Source: Calditrichia bacterium (GTDB taxonomy: Bacteria > Calditrichota > Calditrichia > RBG-13-44-9 > J075). From it: a stretch of DNA of 61,231 bases. Positions 29,322-37,340 of this stretch are shown here, in pieces. The notes below the pieces were generated by a model. That model had not been told where the DNA came from. It saw only the letters and a list, made by a program, of their open reading frames with translations, and did not search any database. A program made the translations under genes and the position numbers. Location: NCBI GenBank assembly GCA_050633245.1, contig JBOEGD010000003.1:15011-76241 (forward strand), in the 5' to 3' direction. Numbering within the stretch: the stretch's first letter is position 1; every line of letters begins with the position of its first letter.

Positions 29322-29686
29322 TAGCCTTTAAGATGCTTCTTCAATATATCATGTGCTTCATTCAGACCCTGCAGCAATTCCGTGGCAATACGCTGTTTTT
29401 CTTCATTGCCGGAGTGCATATCCGGATGATACTGCCGAACCATTTTTTTCCACGCTTTGTGTACCGTTTCGTAATCTGCTCCGTACGGTAACTCAAGATT
29501 CGCATAGCAGCGCGCCAAATCCGGGTCTTCATTCGAATACGTTTCGGATTGACCTCTACTACTCTTGCTCTGGCGGTACGAGTTATCATTCGGTTGGCGA
29601 TACTGCTCGCTACCTGGGCGAAACGTGTCCAGCTTTTCCTGAACAACCGAACGGACAATGTTAAATAATCGCTCTACAATTGACAT
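29321..29686 (-). CDS. Small protein with C-terminal J (DnaJ) domain
   Basis: YANLEL...KAWKKMVRQYHPD...LNEAHDIL (HPD motif). ATG overlaps the upstream stop (TAATG). Confidence 0.85.
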   Translation of the reverse strand: MSIVERLFNIVRSVVQEKLDTFRPGSEQYRQPNDNSYRQSKSSRGQSETYSNEDPDLARCYANLELPYGADYETVHKAWKKMVRQYHPDMHSGNEEKQRIATELLQGLNEAHDILKKHLKG

Positions 29687-31257
29687 TAATAGAAGTTCCA
29701 CGCACCGTTTTTATAATAATGATATACTGACAAATCCAGCTCATCAGCAACTTTTATTTCATCTAACCTGTCCAATGTTCCTTTGCCAAAGCGCAACATG
29801 CCAACCACAGCATCCTTATTTAGATAGCGCGTATTTATCTGCGAATAATCTGCCTGTTCAATTCGCTGCTGCAAGGCAACATGATTTTGCTCTGGCGTTT
29901 TCATGCCCAAAACCCATCCCCATTCACCGAGGGTGGGAATATGCGTATGATAAGCAACTGCCGAATACTCGGCGGCTCGCATCGTTTTTAATATCGACAA
30001 AAATGCATCGCTGGAAAAAAACGGACTGGTCGCCTGAGTTACAACTACGCTTCCCGGTGACATGCAGCGACGCACCTGCTGATAAAACTCACGGGTATAA
30101 AGCCGAGCCAGACTAACCGTCTTGGGATCGGGCAGATCAATGATGACCACATCAAATATCATATCGGTTTCACGCAAAAAGATGTAGGCATCCATATTGC
30201 GAATTTCAACTCGCGGATCTTTCAATGATTCCTTATTCAGTTCCAAAAACTTCTCGTTCTCCAGTCCAAGCCTTGTTACCGCGGGATCCAGGTCGACCAA
30301 AACGATTTCTTCGACTTCCGGATATTTAAGAATTTCCCGCACGGCCATGCCATCTCCACCGCCAAGAACCAGAATGCGCTTGCGCGCAGCGCTTGCTACC
30401 ATTGCCGGGTGAACCAGTGGCTCGTGATAACGCTCTTCGTCATAACTGCTAAACTGCTGGTTACCGTTCAAATACAGCCAGATATCATCATTATGTTTTG
30501 TAATAACAATTCGCTGATACGGCGTCTGCTGTTGAAAGATCACCTGATCGACATATTTTTTCTGCTCGCCATACATGATTATCGGCTCTGAACCAATTCC
30601 CAATGCAAGCAGCGAGATTGGAACGAGAATAAACGCGTACAATAGTTTGCGACCATAGCGCAACGCTGAGCGATTTTGGAAGAACAATACCGCTGCTACA
30701 ATAAAATTCACACCGCCCAGAATGATTGGCGTATAAGTCAGTCCAAGATATGGCAGTGCAACAAAGGCGAATATCAGGCCGCCAAGAAGCGCACCGTAAT
30801 AGTCTTTTTCCATCACCGAGCTGATGTTGATGTGCAGATCTTCAAAGACATCGTTCAACCGCGTGGCAATAGGAATTTCGAGTCCGATCAGGGTACCAAT
30901 AGAAAACGAAATCGCATAAATATACAGGCCAACCCATTCTACATTCGCGGAAACAAGGTAGGTGCTGGTTGCACTGACCGCACAAAGCACCGAAAGTATC
31001 AGCTCAATAATAATAAATGTATCGAGTAAGTTGCGATGTATGTGTTTACTTATACGACTGCCAACGCCCATTGCAAACAACATAATCGAGACCGTCATTG
31101 TCCACTGCACAACCGAATTGCCGAGCATATAACTGGCAAGCGTTGCCATAACATATTCTGCCACAATTCCGGCAAGACCGGTGGCAAAGATACAGGCCTT
31201 CAGCGTTAGGTTGCCATTAAAACGACCAGCAGATGTTGTCGCAGTCTGATTACTCAC
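29686..31257 (-). CDS. speE: Membrane-bound polyamine aminopropyltransferase (spermidine synthase-like)
   Basis: N-terminal TM bundle, then QTPYQRI, DEERYHEPLVHP, LGGGDG, VDLD and IDLPDP. GTG start overlaps the upstream TAG. Confidence 0.9.
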   Translation of the reverse strand: MSNQTATTSAGRFNGNLTLKACIFATGLAGIVAEYVMATLASYMLGNSVVQWTMTVSIMLFAMGVGSRISKHIHRNLLDTFIIIELILSVLCAVSATSTYLVSANVEWVGLYIYAISFSIGTLIGLEIPIATRLNDVFEDLHINISSVMEKDYYGALLGGLIFAFVALPYLGLTYTPIILGGVNFIVAAVLFFQNRSALRYGRKLLYAFILVPISLLALGIGSEPIIMYGEQKKYVDQVIFQQQTPYQRIVITKHNDDIWLYLNGNQQFSSYDEERYHEPLVHPAMVASAARKRILVLGGGDGMAVREILKYPEVEEIVLVDLDPAVTRLGLENEKFLELNKESLKDPRVEIRNMDAYIFLRETDMIFDVVIIDLPDPKTVSLARLYTREFYQQVRRCMSPGSVVVTQATSPFFSSDAFLSILKTMRAAEYSAVAYHTHIPTLGEWGWVLGMKTPEQNHVALQQRIEQADYSQINTRYLNKDAVVGMLRFGKGTLDRLDEIKVADELDLSVYHYYKNGAWNFY

Positions 31258-32099
31258 TACACAACCCATCCCACCAGAAATGAAGCGCCGATATACGAGC
31301 AGGCTTCCATTGCTCCGGCAGCAACATTCGGAACTTTTTGATTCACCAGTTCATCGGTAAGCTGCTCACCCGGCAGCAACAGCTTATCTGCAAGTAGGCG
31401 TAAAACCGGCAGCATCAGCAAACCAAAAGTAACGAAGCCCACATAAACAACGCCATTGTCGTACCAAGAGATAAAGTCGCCCTGTGAACCTATGCGAATA
31501 ACATTGCCAATAGCGATAAGCATTCCCGCATAGGCGACGCCAACGGCGGCATTGTCGCGCTCAAGCTCGTAGTTCAAATCGAAGGGTAATGTATTATTGT
31601 AAATGATGCTGGCAACAACCAACGTCACCTGTCCAATTACCCAAAAGGCGGCAGCGGTAAATATAGTTCCTTCACCGGACATCGCACCAAAAATAACAAG
31701 TCCGACAGCAACATGATTCGCGGCTTCGACAACCCCGATGCCGGCATTGCGATCGACTATCAGCTCTTTGACATTGTCAAATTTGTGAAAAATTATCTTG
31801 TCGTTAATAACAATTGAAATATTTAGCAGGATGATCGACATAATTCCGTAGAGGAAGATATCGATGAGATCGTTAACAAGTCCGGCAGACTCGCCCTGTA
31901 ATACCCCGCCAAGCGCAATGACCATACCGAAGTAGTAGCCAAACAACGCCAATCCGAGAGCAAAATTGTCTTTTTTTACCAGCTCTTCCTGCAGATCGAA
32001 ACTGGTATTCAGCTTATCGTAAATAATTTTTCCGAGGAAAAAGAGGAAGAACACTGCGATTAGATAAACAGTGGCTGTTAAAACTTCATCAAATGTCAT
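31257..32099 (-). CDS. DUF350 (YjfL-like) membrane protein, duplicated domain
   Basis: Repeated units (EELVKKDNFALGL, ELIVDRNAGIG, YELERDNAAVGV, ELVNQKVPNVAAG); context next to speE and DUF4178. Confidence 0.8.
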   Translation of the reverse strand: MTFDEVLTATVYLIAVFFLFFLGKIIYDKLNTSFDLQEELVKKDNFALGLALFGYYFGMVIALGGVLQGESAGLVNDLIDIFLYGIMSIILLNISIVINDKIIFHKFDNVKELIVDRNAGIGVVEAANHVAVGLVIFGAMSGEGTIFTAAAFWVIGQVTLVVASIIYNNTLPFDLNYELERDNAAVGVAYAGMLIAIGNVIRIGSQGDFISWYDNGVVYVGFVTFGLLMLPVLRLLADKLLLPGEQLTDELVNQKVPNVAAGAMEACSYIGASFLVGWVV

Positions 32100-32132
32100 G
32101 GCAGTCTCCGAATCATTCTTTCAATTCTTTTG

Positions 32133-32873
32133 CTATTTACCAAAACCACCACTGCTTCTGCTGCGCGTGCGGCTCATATTTGTTCTGCGGGTTCGTTTCT
32201 GCACTTTATTGCGGAACGATTCTTTAGAAGAACTTTGGCGCATCTGTCTGCGTTGGAAAAAGTCCGGATTACTTTTCTTTGTGTAGCTACCGCTGGTGCC
32301 GTATTCATTTTTCTTACCGTAGTAGGTTCTTCCACTTCGGCGATGGTCGCGATAAGTGGTCCAGTCCCCACGATCAATTCGTCCACGGTTTCCCATGCGG
32401 AACAAATCTCCCAATATCCTCGAGGTACCGTACCACACCCAGAACGAGCTACCACCACCGGGTTGGCTTTCCCAACGTCCATAGCGTTCATCACCAACAT
32501 AGTCGTATCCAGGCGGTTGTTCAACAGTACTTTCTTCACCGTCTTTCTTGGTAACCAGCGCCATTCCCAGACTTTTTTCATACTTTCGATAATCGCTTTC
32601 TGAAACGCGCTTCCAAGGGATATTTATTGAAGAAAAGATCGGCGTCCCATCAGAGTTATTTTCACCCGAAGCGTATACGACCCGGTACTTATGATAATAA
32701 TCTGTAGAAAAGTTGCCTTCTTCGTTCATGTCCTCCAGAATAATGGTGTATTCCGGGTAACTTGTCATTTGGCTTTTCAGGCTCTCTAGGGTTGATCCGC
32801 GAACGGCGCTTCCACCGGTTCCGCAATCGCAGGCGCGCAGGAAAAAAATCAAGCCGGCAAATAAGGCAAACAT
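32133..32873 (-). CDS. Exported/membrane-anchored protein with Arg/Ser/Gly-rich tail
   Basis: Hydrophobic segment with Cys (LIFFLRACDC), YDYVGDERYGRW...FWVWYG core, low-complexity end RTRSRSSGGFGK. Start uncertain; the frame is open back to 33050. Confidence 0.7.
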   Translation of the reverse strand: MFALFAGLIFFLRACDCGTGGSAVRGSTLESLKSQMTSYPEYTIILEDMNEEGNFSTDYYHKYRVVYASGENNSDGTPIFSSINIPWKRVSESDYRKYEKSLGMALVTKKDGEESTVEQPPGYDYVGDERYGRWESQPGGGSSFWVWYGTSRILGDLFRMGNRGRIDRGDWTTYRDHRRSGRTYYGKKNEYGTSGSYTKKSNPDFFQRRQMRQSSSKESFRNKVQKRTRRTNMSRTRSRSSGGFGK

Positions 32874-32950
32874 TTTAAGGTGAGACGGTGCTCCGGAGCG
32901 ACGCGTTTTTTTACGTGGTCTTGGAGGTTCTGGTCGGCCGGCGCCGACTT

Positions 32951-33514
32951 TTACTTTCCCAGGCCTTCCTCTCCCCCCGGTAGTATATTGGTGAACTGAT
33001 ATTCCTTCACGTAGAAACCTTTTGACGCTTCGAAACGTTCTTCGCCCCACTGCTCGATTTCCACATACTTATCGTCACCGCTATCGATGAAGCACCAGTA
33101 AACCAGCCCCACTTTCTCGAAATTACCGTTTTCGATAAAGTGCACCGGGCCGGATTCATCCAGATAATAGGTTTCACCACCGACAGTGATCTCTTTTTGC
33201 GGGTCATCTGTACGTTTGATACTGGAAGCCACATCCTCCTGAATATCAGAGAGCGGAATCTTCGTACAGATACTCCACCAAACGTCATCGTCTTCTTCCC
33301 GGATCAGATAAACCTTTTCACGTCCGGATGTCAATTCCCACTCATCGGAAACCGTGCCTTCACCATAATCATAACGGTTATAGGCCGTTACTTCCCAGGT
33401 CTTAAGGTCATAATCCAGATAGTAGCCCACTTTTAACGCATCGAGCGATAGGTCTGAAAGTGGATCAAAATTATCTTCTTCGTCTTTGCTTTTGAAGATA
33501 TCGAACAATCCCAT
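32951..33514 (-). CDS. DUF4178 domain protein
   Basis: MGLFDIFK amphipathic start, acidic beta-rich body (EWEL, YYLDESG, IEQWGE); AGGAG RBS; usual neighbour of DUF350 and speE. Confidence 0.75.
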   Translation of the reverse strand: MGLFDIFKSKDEEDNFDPLSDLSLDALKVGYYLDYDLKTWEVTAYNRYDYGEGTVSDEWELTSGREKVYLIREEDDDVWWSICTKIPLSDIQEDVASSIKRTDDPQKEITVGGETYYLDESGPVHFIENGNFEKVGLVYWCFIDSGDDKYVEIEQWGEERFEASKGFYVKEYQFTNILPGGEEGLGK

Positions 33515-33609
33515 AAAACTGCTTCTCCTAATGGGTAGATTGGTTGAATTTATCCCGGCGAAATTTAGGCAGCCGGAGATCAATTACCAAATGATGAATC
33601 GAATTCTGC

Positions 33610-34452
33610 TTACTGATCAATTTTTCGCTGAATAGCTTGTTTTAACATCCAGTCATCGTAGCCTCTTGGTGCTTTGCCATCACGGGCAAAACGATAGAGG
33701 GCCGTCTGAAAGATCATAACGAGTGCGGACTGTATCTGACTTAGCACAAAAAGATAGAGAACACCGAGCCCTAGCATAAAGTAGCCGACCAGGCTTGAGC
33801 CCATAGCCGAACCGGCGGCAATCCCAAGTATTGCCGGAATTGCAAATATAAAGAAGATAATCCCGTAGCTAAATCCGCTTATCAGCTGCTCCCCCCAGGT
33901 ACGGCGTAACAATCCAGCGGAGCGTTTAAGCGATTCTATCGGACCAAGGTTTTCAGCAACCATAATCGGCACAACGAAATAACTGGCCATTGTCCATGCA
34001 ACGCCTACAAAGCTCAGGAGAATTTTTCCCAGCCAACCAACGCGTTCCTCCAGCATACGGATAAGAAAGCCCACAGTTGCAGCAACCAACGACCAGCCTA
34101 AAATCAAATGTACTTTTGAAAACGCAACATTGAGGCCGTCCATAAATTTTGGATCACCGCCGCTCATGCGAATTTGCACGGTAGCCACAATTGCTGAATT
34201 AAAAAAGTTTATGACAAAGTAATTAACCACATAGAAAAAGAAGATCAGTGAGTATAGAAAAAAGTCGCCATTATTTTCCGGGGACACGAGATCCAGCTGC
34301 CCGGAATAGAAGACGGGAATTAAAAATGATGCCGTAACAGCGACGCAGCTCAAAATAGAGATAAACGAGTATACCATTATCTCGCCATCTTCTTTCAGTA
34401 ATTCCCAAGAGGCCATCATCATTGCCCAGGTATTTTGTAACTTATTTAACAT
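33610..34452 (-). CDS. Multi-pass membrane protein (DUF6159 / glycerophosphodiesterase-membrane-like)
   Basis: About 6 TMs with FVVPIMVAENLGPIESLKRSAGLLRRTWGE; AAGGAG RBS. Confidence 0.7.
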   Translation of the reverse strand: MLNKLQNTWAMMMASWELLKEDGEIMVYSFISILSCVAVTASFLIPVFYSGQLDLVSPENNGDFFLYSLIFFFYVVNYFVINFFNSAIVATVQIRMSGGDPKFMDGLNVAFSKVHLILGWSLVAATVGFLIRMLEERVGWLGKILLSFVGVAWTMASYFVVPIMVAENLGPIESLKRSAGLLRRTWGEQLISGFSYGIIFFIFAIPAILGIAAGSAMGSSLVGYFMLGLGVLYLFVLSQIQSALVMIFQTALYRFARDGKAPRGYDDWMLKQAIQRKIDQ

Positions 34453-34529
34453 ACACAAGCTCCTTTTGTTAGCAGCAATCCGTTGTTATAAAAATGCTAT
34501 TATATGTAATGTCGTCATTGGTTGGCAAA

Positions 34530-35021
34530 TAAAAGAACTGGTCACCCCCACGTTTCCCCTCGCTCCATGTGGGGGCGCCGTTCCCAGTAGATTTTCCCCC
34601 GAAAACCTACCCTCGTGTTCCCGCCGCGTCCGAGCGGCGGTTTATCCATCACTACCTGGCTTCCCCTTGGCCCACGCAGCAATGAAATTTTATGTTCAGA
34701 TCAAAATAAGCATTTTCATTCCTCTTACGGCGATGCCGTCCCACTTCCCTGTGGGTCTTCCCAACAAGGTCATCGCCTCCTCCCCGGGGGCACACCTCCC
34801 AGAATGACACCGGTTCTCCTACCATTCGTAGCGTATGGGTCACGCTACACCTTCCTCCCGTCTCTTTTTCATCACCATCATTGTGATTTTACCCACCACA
34901 ATCATTGCGGTGCTACTCCGCCGGGTGACATGTATAAATGTGTCTCTCCATTTATACGTCCTCCCCTGTCTCCTCACATGGGCCGCCGCCCATTGTCTCA
35001 AGAGCATCCTCACAATGCTCT
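34530..35021 (-). ncRNA. Putative multi-hairpin, GGA-rich structured RNA inside the psp operon
   Basis: About 13 consecutive hairpins; about 24 GGA on the minus strand and 0 on the plus strand (manual count); stem mismatches are mostly G-U on the minus strand; ends in a GC stem followed by a U-rich tract. Confidence 0.65.
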
Positions 35022-35721
35022 ATTTTTTCAACTTTTTCTTCAACTTTTCAAGTTCATCTTCAATGGCCTTGTCTTTGGCCAATTTGCGCAGGTCGATATC
35101 ACTGCTCTGCATATCCATCATTTCCTGCGCTGCTTCTGCCTCGGCTTCAAGCTGCATAATGTCTTGCTCATAAGACTCTATCTGATCGCCGCCGTGAGTA
35201 TTGATATCGCTAATTGAACCGGTAAGTGCATTAAAGGCATCTCTGCTCTTTTGCAGGGCGTGCTGTGTGCGCAATTGCGCTTCAGCAGAACGTTTGCGAC
35301 GAATCAGTTCTTCCTTCTTGCGGCGTGCAATTTGCACCTGATCTTCCAGCTTAAAGAGATCGCCCTTTAGCTGACTTGCTAATAGTTCGGCACTTTTATG
35401 ATCATTTTTAAGCGTATCGATTGCTTCCTCACGTTCAAAGCGTTTTGCCAAGATTTCTCGTGCAACATCTTCCTTACCAGATGCTAATGCCGCGCCTGCT
35501 TTCTCCTCGAGATCGTTACTTAAGTCTTCCGCTGCGTGCAGTTGCTTTTCGAGCTGTTTCTGCTGTCCGATAGCCTTAACCGTTTCGCGACGCAGCTCAA
35601 TAATGCTTTCTTCCATATCACGGATAATTTGTTTAACCATAACTTCCGGATCTTCTGCTTTATCTAACACGTGATTTATATTGGCGCTTAGTAATTTCGA
35701 GATGCGTTGAAAAATATTCAT
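35020..35721 (-). CDS. pspA: PspA/IM30 family protein (first paralog)
   Basis: MNIFQRISKLLSANINHVLDKAEDPEVMVKQIIRDMEE, coiled coil, IEDELEKLKKKL; GGGAGGA RBS. Confidence 0.92.
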   Translation of the reverse strand: MNIFQRISKLLSANINHVLDKAEDPEVMVKQIIRDMEESIIELRRETVKAIGQQKQLEKQLHAAEDLSNDLEEKAGAALASGKEDVAREILAKRFEREEAIDTLKNDHKSAELLASQLKGDLFKLEDQVQIARRKKEELIRRKRSAEAQLRTQHALQKSRDAFNALTGSISDINTHGGDQIESYEQDIMQLEAEAEAAQEMMDMQSSDIDLRKLAKDKAIEDELEKLKKKLKK

Positions 35722-35754
35722 GTGTTCCTCCCACCGACGTCTTGTCGGACTTGA

Positions 35755-36144
35755 TTAGTTTGCTTCGTGGGTAATATGTTTTATTGCAAGCGCAGGATGA
35801 TAAGCGACTAATAGCAGGCTTTCCTGATTTTTTCTGCCCGATCGTGCCAGTGTCTTCTGATGGATTGTAAGATCCTTTGCATGTCGCAGAATCACAATTT
35901 GAACGCTTCCAAAACACTTCACTACCGCTTCCACACCTGAAGGATACTTATTTTCCACCGACGGTTGATATTGAAACCGAATGCTTTCGCTTTTTAATTC
36001 ATTAAGGAGGTTTTGTACAAAGCTATCAGACAATCCTGTTGTCTGCACACGACCGAAGGCCCTTCGGGCTGCGCGTGCAATAAGAAGCGTTTTCGCTTCA
36101 AGAACCTGCTGTTGTCGATTTGAACGCTTTGTGGTTTCTACCAT
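35755..36144 (-). CDS. Hypothetical small basic protein, first gene of the sigma54 psp operon
   Basis: 129-codon ORF filling the space between the sigma54 promoter and pspA; purine-rich GGGAAGGA upstream; no recognisable family. Confidence 0.55.
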   Translation of the reverse strand: MVETTKRSNRQQQVLEAKTLLIARAARRAFGRVQTTGLSDSFVQNLLNELKSESIRFQYQPSVENKYPSGVEAVVKCFGSVQIVILRHAKDLTIHQKTLARSGRKNQESLLLVAYHPALAIKHITHEAN

Positions 36145-36212
36145 TTTAGCGGAGAGTCCTTCCCTTGTGTTTACCCGAACACTGGTGTGATCATCATCAC
36201 TACCACCATTAG

Positions 36213-36228
36213 AGCAACAGGTGTGCCA
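36213..36228 (-). promoter_or_regulatory. Sigma54 (RpoN) -24/-12 promoter
   Basis: Minus strand reads TGGCAC-ACCTG-TTGCT, an exact match to TGGCAC-N5-TTGC, just downstream of a bEBP gene and upstream of pspA. Confidence 0.88.
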
Positions 36229-36233
36229 ACTCG

Positions 36234-36246
36234 TAAGTTATTGTTT
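36234..36246 (-). promoter_or_regulatory. IHF-like binding site
   Basis: AAACAA-TAAC-TTA against consensus WATCAANNNNTTR (1 mismatch), between the UAS and the sigma54 box. Confidence 0.55.
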
Positions 36247-36271
36247 TTATTGAATCGGGGTTTTGAAGAGT

Positions 36272-36307
36272 TGGTGTATTACACCAGATGGCTGAAAATT
36301 ACACCAA
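36272..36307. promoter_or_regulatory. Putative PspF upstream activating sequence
   Basis: Perfect palindrome TGGTGTA-T-TACACCA (36272-36286), followed by a second ATTACACCA half-site overlapping the activator stop codon. Confidence 0.6.
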
Positions 36308-37255
36308 TATATCTGCGAGCTTGTATTTCTTATAGTAGTGACGAAATTGATCGTAAGATAATCCAAGATGTTCTGCAGCAGCACGCTGATTTCCCTCAGA
36401 GTCCTTTAAGGCAGTAATGAGCAGATTCTTTTCATAGGCACGCACTTTTTCCTGAAAATTTCCGCGAATAGGTTCAGTTGCGGTAATCTCTATTGGAAGC
36501 TCAGAGGCATGGATGGTGCCATCTTCGTCTGAAATATAGAGTCGCTCAATAACGTTTTTCAGCTGACGAATATTTCCAGGCCAGTAATAGTTCTTTAACT
36601 CTTTCACTGCAGAAGGCGTAAAATGCTTGTCTTCCAGATCGGGGATTTCGACATGTAGCTCTCCGATAAAATATTCGATTAAGGCTGGGATATCTTCCCG
36701 GCGCTTGCGCAGAGGCGGTAGTTTGAGTTCGGCAAAGCAAAGGCGATCGTATAAATCTCGCAGGAATTCCTTTTTATCCATCATCTGTTCGAGGTCGGCA
36801 TTGGTTGCAGCAATAATGCGTACATCAACCTCGATAGAATCTGATCCCCCAAGACGTTCAAACTTTTGATATTCAATAACTCGCAGTAATTTTTCCTGAA
36901 CGCGGCGACTCATATTTGCAACTTCATCGAGGAAAAGAGTGCCGCCATTAGCACGTTCCAAACGCCCCGGTCGTGCTTCGGTTGCTCCGGTGTATGCTCC
37001 CTTTTCATGCCCGAACATCTCCGCAACAAAAAGGTCTTCCTGAAAGGCCGCGCAGTTTACCACAATGTATGGCATGTCCACACGCGGGCTTTGATTATGG
37101 ATAAAGCGCGCCATTAGCTCTTTACCCGTGCCGCGCTCACCGCGTATCAGCAACGGTCGCGGAATTTTGGCAAGCGTACGGGCATTGGCCAGCATTTTCA
37201 GGAACTCATTACTTTCGCCAACGCCTGGCGTACTATGAAATGGGGATGTACTCAT
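36299..37255 (-). CDS. pspF: PspF-like sigma54-dependent transcriptional activator (AAA+ and HTH, no N-terminal regulatory domain)
   Basis: GERGTGKE, VNCAA, EMFGHEKGAYTGA, LFLDEV, WPGNIRQLKN, and HTH NQRAAAEHLGLSYDQFRHY; lies directly upstream of pspA. Confidence 0.88.
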   Translation of the reverse strand: MSTSPFHSTPGVGESNEFLKMLANARTLAKIPRPLLIRGERGTGKELMARFIHNQSPRVDMPYIVVNCAAFQEDLFVAEMFGHEKGAYTGATEARPGRLERANGGTLFLDEVANMSRRVQEKLLRVIEYQKFERLGGSDSIEVDVRIIAATNADLEQMMDKKEFLRDLYDRLCFAELKLPPLRKRREDIPALIEYFIGELHVEIPDLEDKHFTPSAVKELKNYYWPGNIRQLKNVIERLYISDEDGTIHASELPIEITATEPIRGNFQEKVRAYEKNLLITALKDSEGNQRAAAEHLGLSYDQFRHYYKKYKLADILV

Positions 37256-37340
37256 AACAGTATTCGTAGACTATGGTTTGGATTTTTCGAGATGCAGCAT
37301 TCTACTGCGAATCCACATTAAAATCAAGTGAAATGCCAAC

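Noticed and set aside
34652-34843. 63-aa minus-strand ORF inside the structured element, with GGGAGGAAGG upstream of a GTG
   Set aside because: SD-like motifs occur throughout this element, the start codon is buried in a hairpin stem, and the peptide has no recognisable features. It cannot be fully excluded without ribosome profiling.
34466-35217. Plus-strand ORFs 34466-34807, 34615-35217 and 34835-35173
   Set aside because: They are antisense to the operon, and their Pro/His/Ser-rich composition simply mirrors the G/A-rich sense strand; no recognisable domain.
35835-35850. Second sigma54-like site TGGCACGATCGGGCA upstream of pspA1
   Set aside because: The GC is one base too close to the GG, and sigma54 spacing is strict; it also lies within an ORF.
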